64,000 nt of DNA from an uncultured virus (IMG/VR IMGVR_UViG_2626542208_000008) (IMGVR_UViG_2626542208_000008); one strand, 5' to 3'. Counted from the stretch's first letter, positions 37,712 through 48,800 are shown. Made by a program: numbers and translations. The notes: generated from the letters alone by a model not told the origin.

Positions 37712-38163
37712 GGTAGACCTCCGATCTTAATTCCTATCGCGTCGAGTGCCATAGCAACGTCGAGACCGAGCTTGATGAGTTGTTTAACAAGCTCGGTGAG
37801 CTGCTTGCGTCGTGCGGCGTCGACGACTTCGGCGATGACTGGAATCTCGTTATAGGCTTTCTCGACAAGGGCAGTACCGTTGTCGAGTAGCTTGAGCGCG
37901 AAGTCTCTCTTGGCGGTATACTCGTCGAATTCGGCGGTCGCGCCTTTGGGATCGCCGGACACAGCTCGAAGGCGAATCTTGTCTTGCTTGGTTTTGTCAT
38001 AGGCATTGATTGCGCGATAGCCACCCGAGACTACGACGGAGGTCGAGGCTGCGGTGCGTAAGAGATAAGGGACCTCTTTCCCGCAGCCCGAACACAGCGT
38101 AAGTAGCAGGCCCATTCCGATGAAACACAGTGCCCCCACGAGAATACGATTCAACCAAGTCAC
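37708..38163 (-). CDS. Predicted lipoprotein (spanin candidate)
   Basis: GTG 38163 coupled; hydrophobic signal ending LCSGC; helical body. Confidence 0.6.
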   Translation of the reverse strand: MTWLNRILVGALCFIGMGLLLTLCSGCGKEVPYLLRTAASTSVVVSGGYRAINAYDKTKQDKIRLRAVSGDPKGATAEFDEYTAKRDFALKLLDNGTALVEKAYNEIPVIAEVVDAARRKQLTELVKQLIKLGLDVAMALDAIGIKIGGLP

Positions 38164-38462
38164 TTTGGACCTCCGTCGTCGGTGTTGCCGGCAGGAACAG
38201 GAAGTGGGAGTTTTCCGGCATCCGGATCTACTCCAGCGAGCTTTTGGATAAATGGACCGAGGAAGGGGAAGCGGGTCAAGAGAGGACCGAGGGCGGGGAT
38301 CCAGAGGATGAAGCGCCAGACGCCCTGCCAGATAGAGAGGGCTTCGGTCCACTTCGAGGCGCGGACGATTTCGTTGATTGCACCGACGAGGATGAGAAGT
38401 GCCCACACATACACGGGCATGCCGAGAAAGGTGTAGACGGCGATATTATGTAGGATAGTCAT
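38160..38462 (-). CDS. Holin-like membrane protein
   Basis: Two hydrophobic segments; upstream of endolysin. Confidence 0.55.
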   Translation of the reverse strand: MTILHNIAVYTFLGMPVYVWALLILVGAINEIVRASKWTEALSIWQGVWRFILWIPALGPLLTRFPFLGPFIQKLAGVDPDAGKLPLPVPAGNTDDGGPK

Positions 38463-38494
38463 AAATCCCCCTTGTGCGAGGGATTCTATTTGGT

Positions 38495-38719
38495 TCAGTG
38501 CGAGTCGTCCAGTCCTTCTGAGAATTTCTCGAGTTGTTCGTTGATGCGATCATGGTGATCTCTCACGGTACGCAGTTCTTCTTGGTGCGCCTTGAGCGCG
38601 GTCTCGAACAATTCGCGTAGTTCACTCTCGGAGCGCTCAAGTTCGGTCACGCGTCGACGAAGACTACTGAACTCGTTTTTGAGAAGTTCGTAGTTGACGC
38701 GTGTTGCGTCGTCACCCAT
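38495..38719 (-). CDS. Coiled-coil protein
   Basis: Heptad pattern; operon position. Confidence 0.6.
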   Translation of the reverse strand: MGDDATRVNYELLKNEFSSLRRRVTELERSESELRELFETALKAHQEELRTVRDHHDRINEQLEKFSEGLDDSH

Positions 38720-39242
38720 GGAGCCATCCTGCGATGATGTGCAAGAATGCCTTGATCTTCGCCCAAGCTACATATGCGATGCCACTTCCGCCGGCAAGAG
38801 AGACGAGATGCCAGCGTTTTTTGGCAAAGCGGCCGATCACAACGAGAGAGTTGATGACTTGACGGACAGGTGGGTCTTCTTTGATACGTTTGTCGGTGTC
38901 GATGTCTTCGGGATTGGAGAGTTGAATTCCTGCTGACGGGGTAAGATCGTCGCGGATCTCTTCAATGTCTTTGGCGGCTTCGTGAACTCTTAGGCGTTGT
39001 TCTTCAAGAGCGCGACGTATGTCCTCGATCGCGCGGTGCTCGGTTTGCTCGATCTCGATGAGATGTGTTAGATCTTTGCCGACAAGTTGACTAGCTGCGA
39101 CGGCGGAGTTGACCGAGGTAGCGACCGTTTCGAGCTTTTGCTCTATGCGGCGTAGTGCCGAGGAGATCCCGGTAAGCGAGCCGTGGAGCTTCGTGAGGAG
39201 TAGCTCGAGAGAAGATGCCGGTGGAGGGAGCGGATCTTTCAT
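38712..39242 (-). CDS. Coiled-coil protein with C-terminal hydrophobic segment
   Basis: Heptads followed by WHLVSLAGGSGIAYVAW. Confidence 0.65.
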   Translation of the reverse strand: MKDPLPPPASSLELLLTKLHGSLTGISSALRRIEQKLETVATSVNSAVAASQLVGKDLTHLIEIEQTEHRAIEDIRRALEEQRLRVHEAAKDIEEIRDDLTPSAGIQLSNPEDIDTDKRIKEDPPVRQVINSLVVIGRFAKKRWHLVSLAGGSGIAYVAWAKIKAFLHIIAGWLHG

Positions 39243-39397
39243 CGGCTAAGCTCGCGACGTCATCGCATGTGGCAAGGAGTTGGTCGAAGAAGACGCGCCT
39301 CACCCCATTCAACGCCATGATGCCTCCCTGAGATCCAGCCTGCCACTAGTTGAGACAGTAGTCTACTTCACGATTCTTGGAAAGCAGGAAAGCGCCG

Positions 39398-39631
39398 TTA
39401 GTCGATTAGCCTTTCCAGGCTGTTTCGTAGGCGCAGGTCCGATGCGTACATCCAGTCGGCGCCTCCATGCTGATCCCAGGCAACGCGCACGACACGCACG
39501 CCTTCGGCGCGTGAACGCTTACGCGCCTCCGGATCGCTGGCCTTACTCTGGATAAGGCCCGTACGCTCGCGGCAACCGGGGGTTGTGCCTGCGGTGACGC
39601 GGGTGCCTCTGATGAGAGTCCGGGTCGTCAT
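39398..39631 (-). CDS. Small hypothetical protein (SH3-like pattern)
   Basis: AGGAGG RBS; GTRV...VRVAWD...WMYASDL. Confidence 0.55.
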   Translation of the reverse strand: MTTRTLIRGTRVTAGTTPGCRERTGLIQSKASDPEARKRSRAEGVRVVRVAWDQHGGADWMYASDLRLRNSLERLID

Positions 39632-39688
39632 ATTGTGTCCCTCCTGGTCATGATCATAATCTAACGCTACTAGGCCCGCCGCCGTTCA

Positions 39689-39901
39689 TTATTCGTCGTC
39701 CTCCTCGTCCTCGTTGTCCAGAAGAACGACCTCCTCGAACAGTAATCGCACTTCGTCAGCGGTCACTTCCGTTCGGTCCCAAAACTTCTGGGCCAGTTCT
39801 TTAGCTTGTTCCAACTTACCGAGGGTCGCTACTTGTTCATCACTGAGATCGAAGTCCTGGTCCTGATCTTGGTTCTGCTCCGTCTTCGCGGTCTTGGGCA
39901 T
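39689..39901 (-). CDS. Small highly acidic protein
   Basis: AAGGAGA RBS; D/E-rich. Confidence 0.65.
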   Translation of the reverse strand: MPKTAKTEQNQDQDQDFDLSDEQVATLGKLEQAKELAQKFWDRTEVTADEVRLLFEEVVLLDNEDEEDDE

Positions 39902-40274
39902 GAGTTCTCCTTGGGTTGGCGAAATAGTGCTTGAGTCGATCGATGAAATCTAGTTCGTGTTTTTCGAGATCAGTTTCTCCTCGAAGGACAAGAAGGATGT
40001 CTAGGGCTTCAGAGAGAAGTGCTTCGGGTGTGGTGTTTTTCCAAAGCCATTCATCGATCTGGGCCGCTTCGTTGTGAAAGAGTTTGAGCGCGTGGCGCGC
40101 GCTTTCTTGCCAAGTATCAAAATTCGACGTGGATGGATAGCGGAGAATGCGCTTTGGGTCGGTGAGTTGAGCCTGGATCTTTGCGATCTCGTGAGCGAGC
40201 TGCTTCCGTCGTGCATGAGCTGCGCGGAGAGAAGAAGGAGTTAGGATGCGACCGTTGCGGAGGGCGGCTCTCAT
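39840..40274 (-). CDS. Hypothetical protein
   Basis: GGAGG RBS, ATGA coupling. Confidence 0.6.
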   Translation of the reverse strand: MRAALRNGRILTPSSLRAAHARRKQLAHEIAKIQAQLTDPKRILRYPSTSNFDTWQESARHALKLFHNEAAQIDEWLWKNTTPEALLSEALDILLVLRGETDLEKHELDFIDRLKHYFANPRRTHAQDREDGAEPRSGPGLRSQ

Positions 40275-41029
40275 TTAGTACCTCCGAAGAGTCGTCGGTT
40301 GAATACGCGAAATACGTGCTCGAGGGCAGACTCCAAGGCGATCGGGGCGACTTCCGCTGCATAGAATCCTTGTTCATCACGTTTGAACGCGTCGCTGAGC
40401 TTCGCCGCGTCGTCGATCGGAAGCCAGCAAGTGTCGATACGGACGCGACCGCCATCGGTATTGGCTATGTGGACCCAGCACGCTGAGCGCGAGCGTGGAC
40501 GCGGACCAATGGCGGCTTGCGCGATCTCAGCCGGCGTGCGATCTTCCGAGGCATGAAGATCGTCAGCGCCAAGCTCTACATCGGCTCTGGACTTGAGCCC
40601 GACGCGACCACTGGCCGTCGCTTTCGTGCGCACCGAGTGGTCATCGACAAGCCCGAGATGCAGGCGACGGTCGAGGAGATCGTCGGGCGTCGTTTCGACG
40701 GGGCGACCATCACCAAGGGTCGCGGGCGCTGGCAGGGTCGCGGGGAGCCCTCCCTCGTGGTGGAGCTGTGGGATCGTGCCTCGAATGCGCACCAGTTCTT
40801 CGAGCGCGTCACGGAGACGGGCCGCGAGATTGTCGATGCGCTGGATCAGGTCGCCGTCGCCCTCGTGACCAGCGATGGCGGGAAGCAGAGCGTGAGCTAC
40901 CTCGGGGGCGTCTCCACTTCGCCTCGTGCTGGGCGAAAGAGCCTGCGCAGCGGATAGCGCCTCAGCCAACTCCGCCCGCAAGGTCTCAGACAGATATTCA
41001 GAAAGTTTCTTCTTTTCCCAGTTTGTCAT
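40271..41029 (-). CDS. Hypothetical protein whose middle is antisense to 40553-40957
   Basis: ATGA-coupled at both ends. Confidence 0.45.
   Translation of the reverse strand: MTNWEKKKLSEYLSETLRAELAEALSAAQALSPSTRRSGDAPEVAHALLPAIAGHEGDGDLIQRIDNLAARLRDALEELVRIRGTIPQLHHEGGLPATLPAPATLGDGRPVETTPDDLLDRRLHLGLVDDHSVRTKATASGRVGLKSRADVELGADDLHASEDRTPAEIAQAAIGPRPRSRSACWVHIANTDGGRVRIDTCWLPIDDAAKLSDAFKRDEQGFYAAEVAPIALESALEHVFRVFNRRLFGGTK
40553..40957 (+). CDS. SAM lyase / DUF3574-like (PII-like fold) protein
   Basis: RFDGATITKGRGRWQGRGEPSLVVE...LDQVAV; strong G/C third-position bias on + strand. Confidence 0.6.
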   Translation: MKIVSAKLYIGSGLEPDATTGRRFRAHRVVIDKPEMQATVEEIVGRRFDGATITKGRGRWQGRGEPSLVVELWDRASNAHQFFERVTETGREIVDALDQVAVALVTSDGGKQSVSYLGGVSTSPRAGRKSLRSG

Positions 41030-41202
41030 TCTTGCACCGGCCCAATTCCCTTAAGTGCGATGGTGCTATTGCACTTCGGGCAGTTATAAAGTTCCAACAA
41101 CTCAAATCCAAAATCATCTACGCATTTATACACGCAAGTTGCGCGGAGGCGCTCTGGGTCGGCCTTGAGGGCGTCGTGCGTGACGAAGGTGCAAGGAGTC
41201 AT
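41026..41202 (-). CDS. Small Zn-ribbon protein (58 aa, below ORF-track cutoff)
   Basis: AGGAGAGG RBS; LELYNCPKCNSTI; stop overlaps ATG 41029. Confidence 0.65.
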   Translation of the reverse strand: MTPCTFVTHDALKADPERLRATCVYKCVDDFGFELLELYNCPKCNSTIALKGIGPVQE

Positions 41203-41213
41203 CTGAACCTCTC

Positions 41214-41507
41214 CTAAAAACAGTACACCGTCAGAAAAGAGATTTTCTTTAGCATTACCGACTGACAGTCATCGGTGAGCCGGACCTGACATGAGTGGTC
41301 GACCGCGAGCGTTGTACATTCCTTGCCATGTTGTAGTTCAGGGCACGTTGCGTCTTTGCAGACGAGTATTCCGTCTGTGTCGAAGCAACACGGGACAGGA
41401 ACGGGTGGTGGGAGCGGTATATCTAGCGCACGTCCACCGCAGCCGGTTAGAAAGCCGACGAGCAGTCCTAACGCGAAGAGGATTGTCAAAGCGCCGCGCG
41501 TAGTCAT
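41214..41507 (-). CDS. Cys-rich predicted lipoprotein
   Basis: Signal peptide with LTGC lipobox. Confidence 0.65.
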   Translation of the reverse strand: MTTRGALTILFALGLLVGFLTGCGGRALDIPLPPPVPVPCCFDTDGILVCKDATCPELQHGKECTTLAVDHSCQVRLTDDCQSVMLKKISFLTVYCF

Positions 41508-41584
41508 TGTTTCAACCAGTTGACGAACAATCCTAGCGAGAAGATGATTGTCAGGGCGACTATTGCCCAGGTGATTTCATCCAT

Positions 41585-43486
41585 TTACTCTTCCTCGTGA
41601 AAACACGTTTGCTTAACCACGTCCGCCCGAAACACCGTCCCCGCGTACCCGGGTTGTCCCTTGTTTGCGTCGAGGACCACGGACACGGCCTCGGGCATGG
41701 TGTACGTGGGCGGGAGGTTGCGGACGTACGCGACCGTGCCGGGGCCTCGGGGTGTGGTAACTCGGGTGCCTTTGGTGATCATCGCGCTACCTCGCTGACC
41801 GAGTGAACTGCACTTTGGGTGATGACGATTGAACACTTTTCCGTGTGTCCCAGGTCGTGGTGACTGACGCTGACGCTGAGTGGATGTGTCGCGTACCCAC
41901 AATCACATGGCACAGTGATCGTTTCAAGCGCTCGCCGCAGTCGCTTAACGTGTCCCTCCAATGCGGCGATGCGGTGACCTCGTGCGTCGTAAAGGACCTC
42001 CAACTCGTCGAGGCGTTTGTTCCATCGTTCGTTCACTCCACATGCGGTGCACAAGCGCGCGGTGGACACAACGCACTCCAAGCCACATTCCGGGCAGTCC
42101 TTCGTTTCCATCAAAAAACGACCTCTGCGCGTTCGACGTCGAAGCGTTCGTCGTAATCGGTGCCCTCTTGTGTCTCGAAACGCTCACTGACCATGCGGCC
42201 TATGAGGCGTAGTCGGATCGGCCCATCCGGTGAAGTGCGGTCGATTTCCTGTGCTGCGCGATCTTCTTTTTCAGCAATGTCTCTTACGAGTGGCCACGCT
42301 CCGACGCACGAGACGAATTCTTGCAGCCATCCAACGTCGCAGAGCCGCCCGCAGTTCTTCCCGAGACTGCCGTCGTCTTTCATGCAGTCACACCCTGGCA
42401 CGTGCAGGTACCCGCCGCCGAAGTGCTTTGGTACTGTCTCCCCGTCGCAAGCGAGCACTACGAGCCACGCTTGTTTGTCGTCGGGTGCGTATTCAAAGTC
42501 GCGCTCTACGACGATGGCCAGAAGACCGCTGCGCGTCACGCGTTCTTGCGCGTCACGAATCAGACTCATCAACTCACCTCCTTTTTCGCCCATCGGCGCT
42601 CGTCGGAGCAGCGCCGGCAAAAGTCTTCTCCGTCCACGTAGGTCCAGCCGAGCGGTTTGAGATTCGCGCGAAGCCGGTGCGCCTTAGTCACCCGCCAGGC
42701 TCCGCTGTCGCCGACTTGGTCGCAGACGTTGCGGCGGTTTTCGATGACGATCACTTGCCGCGCTCCTTCATGTCGTCTTCTAATCGTTTTATATCCTTCT
42801 GCAACGCACAAAAATATCTTCTAGAATGTCGCATGCGCTCGAATCGCCGTACTGTCGTTGCGACCCAGACGATTACGCCGCGGATCGTGACGTCCTTATC
42901 ACGAGCGCGATCATAGCTGCGACCACAGTTGGTGCACATGAACGGCCGTCCGAGTGCTCGTTGGCAAATGACGCAGTCGTAGCGGCTCCGGGGGATTTTT
43001 GATTTGAGGTCCTTCATCTGATTTTTCCTTCTTTGCGGAGCCTTTTCACGAGTGCATCGGCGAGCGCGTATGCTTGCTTTGCGCGTGGCGATCGACCCTC
43101 GCGGGCGTGTTTCACGCACTGCACCACGATCACGTCGCCGTACTTGGGCGTTCGTTTCCAGGTGCAGCCGCACGCACTTTGGCTCATACGAAATGCTCTT
43201 TGGCCAAGACGGCTACAGCAGCATCCAAACAAAGGCCCGCTTCGCGGAGTGCATCCGCGGCCTCGTCGTTAAGGTCGACGTTGCCGGTAACTTGTGCATC
43301 GAACATCGGACCACCGATACGGGGAAGGCACTCACGCGCAGCCGCTATTTCGGCGCGCAGTTCGTCTAAAATGTTCCTATATCTCCCGATCTCGAATCGC
43401 TCGACGGCCAGCGCCTCGGTGAGGCTGCGCAGTTCGCGATCGTACTCGTCAGGGTCACGTTGACATTGATGGCACCTACTCATCAA
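41585..43486 (-). other. Run of about 7 small coupled hypothetical genes, several Cys-rich (41585-41782, 41779-42114, 42111-42569, 42569-~42754, 42751-43017, 43014-43187, 43184-43486)
   Basis: Consecutive start/stop overlaps. Confidence 0.65.
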
Positions 43487-44934
43487 TCCACCTCCAGATT
43501 GTTGAACCGGTTCCCGTGCACCTTCGCTAGCCGCTCGCCCAGGGCCTTGAGCGGCGCCTCAGCGCCCAGCTCGACGCCTAGCAACTTCTCATAGCCCTTC
43601 AACTTTTCCCGGAACGTTTCCAGCTCAGTCGTCCGATTACGCGCGGCCCGGTGACCCATGCCGTCGGGGTGATTCAGCTCATTCGCCACGTCCGCGAGGA
43701 ACTTCGTCAGTTCGGCGCGCAGGGAGTCAAGCACGGCCTCGACGGTCCCCGATCCGTGCATCACGGGGATCTCGTAGACCTTGTGCGCCGTGCCGCTTGC
43801 GGTCTTGAGCGCGCGAGAGACCTTCGCCAGCGTTTCCGTGGTTGCTTTGGGCACGAAGTAGAACCCACCCGACTCGCGAAGCGCCACGCCCCCTAGGCGC
43901 GCGACCGTGCCCACGAGCCACACGCCCACGTCGACCGCTGCGATCTCCGTACGCGACTCGTCGAAAGCGGCGCGGATCTTGGCGCCGAGAACGCGCGCGG
44001 CCTCTTTTACGTCCTCGGGTGCGTCTTTCCCGCCCGGAGGCGTGAGAAGCACGCGCACGTTGCCTTGCTCGTCTTCTTCGGAAAGGCGCACGCGCACGCC
44101 GTTCGTCTCGACGATCTTGTCCAGCGTCGCACCCTCGGCGACCTTGGCGGGGTCGACCTTGCCGGCCAAGTCGGTGAGCGTCCAGCCCCCTTCGGAATGC
44201 TGGCGAAGGAGGACCGTCTTGGACGACTGCGCCTTGCACGCGCGGTGAAGCGCGACCTTGGCGGATGGCACCTCGGGGAGATCGTCCGCGTCGAGCGTTT
44301 CGGCTTCCCATGCCGTGGTGAGCTTGCCCACGTCCAGCGCACCCGAGAGTGACCAGTAGGTGAGGGTGCCGGTAGACTCAAGCGCGCCCGACACGGCCAC
44401 CAGGTCAGCGGCCTGCACACGCGCTTTCTTTCCCAGTTGGGTTTCCTCGGTCGGCACGGGGTCCACCACGGGATTGTCCACGCGCGCAGAAGGCACGCGC
44501 CGCATGATCGCGTCCAGATCGGCGAGCATGTCTGCCGAATGCGGATTGGTGCTCGGGGCGTTGACGTTTGCCAGCTCCGCGCGCAGCGTCCGCAAACGCG
44601 GAAGCATCCCCGCCACGGTCGTGTCAGTCGAAAACGGCGTGAGGGTGCACCCGTGCGCGTTGATCCAACCGTAGATCCGCTCCATGCGCGGGCTCATGGC
44701 CACGCGCTGAGGCGTCACGCTCGACGTGACTTCACGTGGCGCGGCGAGTTTGACGCACACGGGGCAAAGCCCCTCGGTCGTGAGGGGACCGGGCACGTTG
44801 CAGCGAGTGCAGCGCTTGGGAGCCTCGACGAGGGGAGCGGTGGGAGCGGGAGCGGGAACGCGAGGCGCGGGTAGATCATCGTCGATCTCGAGGAGAGCAA
44901 AGCGGCTTCCGTCCGTCGTGTCAGTCGTAGCCAT
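43483..44934 (-). CDS. DUF6744-like protein with N-terminal Zn ribbon
   Basis: AAGGAGG RBS; TYWSLSG...LGGVALRESGGFYFVP; CxxC...CxxC. Confidence 0.6.
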   Translation of the reverse strand: MATTDTTDGSRFALLEIDDDLPAPRVPAPAPTAPLVEAPKRCTRCNVPGPLTTEGLCPVCVKLAAPREVTSSVTPQRVAMSPRMERIYGWINAHGCTLTPFSTDTTVAGMLPRLRTLRAELANVNAPSTNPHSADMLADLDAIMRRVPSARVDNPVVDPVPTEETQLGKKARVQAADLVAVSGALESTGTLTYWSLSGALDVGKLTTAWEAETLDADDLPEVPSAKVALHRACKAQSSKTVLLRQHSEGGWTLTDLAGKVDPAKVAEGATLDKIVETNGVRVRLSEEDEQGNVRVLLTPPGGKDAPEDVKEAARVLGAKIRAAFDESRTEIAAVDVGVWLVGTVARLGGVALRESGGFYFVPKATTETLAKVSRALKTASGTAHKVYEIPVMHGSGTVEAVLDSLRAELTKFLADVANELNHPDGMGHRAARNRTTELETFREKLKGYEKLLGVELGAEAPLKALGERLAKVHGNRFNNLEVD

Positions 44935-44955
44935 GTGGACCTCCTTGATTGCGAA

Positions 44956-45351
44956 TCACGCCACCATTTCCCAGGAAAACACTAGATTAGAAAACTTCAC
45001 TTCCTTCCCTTCCGCCTCGCACACGCGACAAGCCCGCGCGAGATCTTCGGCCGCTGCGCGTTCTTTCTCGTAGGCGTCCGGCCCGTGAAAGCTGTAGTGC
45101 TCGACGCTATGCCCTTTCCAGTACACGTAGCCGTTGTGATCTTTCGTCAGGTGCTCAATCCCCATGAACCACGGGCGCGTGTAGCCTTCCGGCTTCATGA
45201 CATTCGCGCGCAGCTCGGCGAACGCGGCTAGGCCGGCCTCATTCAGGTCATTGTTGACCGCGCATTGCACGAGGTAGAGATCGCGCGGGGCGAGACCGTT
45301 GCCGTCATTCGTGGCGCGGATGATCTCGATCGCTTGGTCGGTGGCAGTCAT
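44956..45351 (-). CDS. Hypothetical protein
   Basis: ATGA coupling, clean codon bias. Confidence 0.65.
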   Translation of the reverse strand: MTATDQAIEIIRATNDGNGLAPRDLYLVQCAVNNDLNEAGLAAFAELRANVMKPEGYTRPWFMGIEHLTKDHNGYVYWKGHSVEHYSFHGPDAYEKERAAAEDLARACRVCEAEGKEVKFSNLVFSWEMVA

Positions 45352-45822
45352 TCAATCCCCCATGCGGCTTCATCGTAGCCGGCTAGTGAGCTGATCGCGG
45401 CCTTGCGCAATGCCTGGCAAAAGTTGCGTGCCTCGCTGGTCTTGTACTCGGGATGTTCGCTCGCCTGGTATTCGTAGCAGTCGATCGCCTTGAGCACCTG
45501 GACCGGATCAAAGCCGTCGATCTTCCGCTTGTAATGATACTCCGGTGCGGGTTGCTCTTTAACTGTCTTGCTATCGCTGTAGCGATAGGTAACGCTCTTA
45601 TGATTCTCCAGCCACAAGACCGCGCCGAGGCGTTGCGCGGAGTCGGGGTCATAGCTGCCCGACTCGAACCCGTAACGCGGGCTGNNNNNNNNNNCGCGGG
45701 CTGGCGTCCTCGCTTGTATGCTCGCCGCACCAGTGTAGGCTGTAGTTACGGGTGATGCGTCGACTCATGGCCGCGTTGACGAGATAGTGAATGTGATTCT
45801 CGCTCACGAGAAATGCCGACAT
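45348..45822 (-). CDS. Phage hypothetical protein spanning the N gap
   Basis: GGAGG RBS; collapsing the gap on its 9-bp flanking overlap yields one 151-aa ORF. Confidence 0.75.
45685..45694. other. Assembly gap (10 N), probably spurious
   Basis: cgcgggctg on both sides. Confidence 0.9.
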
Positions 45823-45853
45823 TGGCGTAACCTCCGTGTGGTCTGAGCCGCGT

Positions 45854-48800
45854 TTACTGAATGCCTCCCTTGCTAACCAGTACAAGGTGCGCGATCGGAA
45901 CCGGCAGCGCATGTGCTTCGGGTGCTATTGGAACGTGATAGGTGACGTTATTTATGGTTACAATGCCGCGTACTAGCGCGTGCGGTAGACCAGCGTAGTC
46001 TACCAACTCGGTCACTTCGTAGATCTTACTCGTGCTGACGTGGCGGACGATGTCGCCAACCTCGATCATTTGTCGTGACCAGCCGGGTGCGCGATCGGTT
46101 CGTAGCGGGGCAGCGGCTTGCCTTCGTGGATCAAGGCAAGCTCCCACTTGAGCATCTTCCTGCACCTTTCATGTCCACCACTACGACGAATCACGGCACA
46201 CTCGGCGCAGTAGATGTATCCCTTTGAGCCGATGTGGGTCACGGCGCGAGTGCAATCCTTTTTCATTTCGCATTTGACGGCGCGCATGGATCAGTCCTCC
46301 CACGTCGAGAGAAGGTGCCCGAGTCGCTTCCGTGCGTCCTCGGTTTCAAACTGCCGCACGGCGATCCGTTGCGTCACGCGCTCGCGAGCGCGCCGCGAGT
46401 CACGCCAGGCGCCGATCTGATAGTCATTCTCCCACTTGCGCCCGTAGGGTAGGTGCTCACGCGATGGGCAGTGGTAACAGCGCACGATGGCCAATCTGCC
46501 GCGCTCCAAGTCGTGACCGTGTTGGTGCAGGCACGCGCGGCACCTGCACTTCTCACGCTTGCGGGCGCCATCGGAGCGCAACCCAGCTTTGAGGTTGATC
46601 ATCCCGTCGATCTTGTCGCGGAACCAATGGCGCAATCCGTCGCGGTCCAGGGACGCACCGCACCATGACGTGGTAACGCGCTCGTCGCGAGCCGTGCGCG
46701 CCATGCCGTCGCGGATCGCGCGGTAGATCTGGCCGGCTTCCTTGCCAGCGGTTGGACCATAGGCGGTCACGCTACTTCCTCAGACGAGGCGCGCGTGTCC
46801 ACGCAATAGTGGATCCCGTGGAGCACGCCCGCGACGAGAAAACCGTAACCACCGTAGCGATCGTAAACCTCGGCCTCGGCGTTGTCCGGATCAGTTGCCT
46901 CGACGTGATAGCCGCAACGCTCCTCGCCGTTCCGCAGGCCGATTACCGTGTACCAGGACGCGATCATGCGGCACCGTCCGCGAGATATGCCTTGATCGCC
47001 CCGTAGGTTGACTTGATCCCGAGCTTGCGGCACACGGCCTTGATCGCCCCGCTATTGCTAGCGGTACCAGCCGCAAGCGCAATGATCATCTTATCGACGA
47101 CCACCGGGATCCCCTCGGCCGGATAGGCGTACTCCTCAGGATGTTTCGCGTGAGCCTCGGTCAACTTTTCAAGGTACGCGGCGCGGAACTTTTCTCGGTT
47201 GGTCATACGGTCACCTTTCGCACGATGCACCCGTGCTCTTTGAGCAGTGTGATCACCCTGTCAGTAGGATTCGCGAGCCGTTGCTGTAGCTCGTGATAAT
47301 GCTGCTCCAGGTGAAACCAAGAACGCATGTCCTCATCGCAGAGCGGACACTTGTCGGGGCCGCTGTAGCCGATCTTCGTGGCCATGTGTTGCGCTTCCTG
47401 TTAGCGGGTGATTTTCCACCAGATCATGCGAAGCAGATCCCAAAACGTAAACGGTGCGTAGAGCATGGAGATCCTCCTTACTTGCGCTTGCGGCGAAGCG
47501 TTTCCCACTCCCCCTCGCCCATGTACCGTTGCACGCGATCGTCGGAATGGTGCAGGTGTCGCTCGGCTTCCGCTAACGTATCGAACGGCCCCCACCACTG
47601 ACCGCTACCGCCGAAAATGACGCGATACATTACCGTCCCCCTCCCCATCGGCAGACGTCGCACCGATAGATATCGTTCCAGACTTGGCGCGCGGTTAGCT
47701 TCTTGCCCGGTTCGCCCGGCTCGACGTGATCCGCGCATCGAATGCGGACCTTGATCCCTTCGATCTTGCCGTTTGACCAGAAGTAGATCGGACGCTTGAC
47801 AAGCGCCTCGTGCATTGCCTGGTAGGCTTTCGTGGCCATGTGGAGCCCCCCTTTAGAGCGCTTCTACTGCCATTGTGAAGTGTCGAAAGAGTAGATCTTC
47901 ATCGTCATAGCCTGAAAAATTCCACTTCCCGCTATAAGGGTTCGCGTCGGAGGGTAGCGGGGCATCCTCGACAAAACGTGTGTTGATATCCAGCCCCACG
48001 CCTAGATCGTCGTCGGCCGGAAGGTGGACGATCAACGCGCCCTTTGCAAGCGGCAAGCGCCACCGACCCCCTAAGATCACTTCTAGCACGCCGTTGTAGG
48101 CGTCTGGCTCTTCCTCGGTCGCGCCGCGCGCGAGGAGCCAGACGCGCAAGCGTTCGCGGAGTGCTTTCGCGCTTCGGAGCTTGGCGCGGCGCCTGGTACC
48201 CGCTCGGCGCAAGTACACGGGTTGCTTTGTCATGCCGCACGCATACGCCGACGGATCCGCTCGCGCTCCATGGAGATCAGCTCGGCCACTTCAGCCCCCG
48301 ATCGCTGAACCAAGCACGACCCGTCCCACCAATAGAATCGGTGATTTTCGTTCACCATGTCCCGACGCACAAAATCATCGGTGAACCCGCTCGGGGGCAT
48401 GTCCTCGGGAAAGATGAGCACCGATCCGGTCTCACGCGTCGCCCAAGCGAACGGAAGATCCGGATCGCGCTCTGCTAGCGCGTTCATGTCGTGTACCTCG
48501 ACGTCCGCACGGTAATGCGTGGGCCATCCGTCGCGCCAGTAAGCCGCGAGGATTGCGGTAGCGTGCCGCATGGAATCGTCCGACTGCTGAAACCCGTAAC
48601 CATGGCAGCCGATGCAAGGCGCCCATGGCCCATCGGAGTAGTGTAGATCGGGGCGATACTCTTCCCCGGTACCGTCGCATCGTTTGCAGGGTTTAGGATC
48701 GTCGCGAGTCATTGACCCACACTCCTTTCGCGATAGCGCGCTAGGACGGTATCAACTTCGGTCGGATCGATCTCAATTGGATCGTTCCAATTCGCCAAGA

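Noticed and set aside
40547..40926. Invertible segment bounded by cgaggc/gcctcg around the SAM-lyase-like gene
   Set aside because: Only 6 bp of perfect inverted identity, which is expected by chance
41053..41076. Hairpin as terminator for the + strand gene
   Set aside because: Lies within a convincing - strand gene and has no U-tract
45685..45694. Gene disruption or insertion with target-site duplication at the N gap
   Set aside because: Collapsing the 9-bp overlap restores one clean 151-aa ORF, so it is a scaffolding artefact
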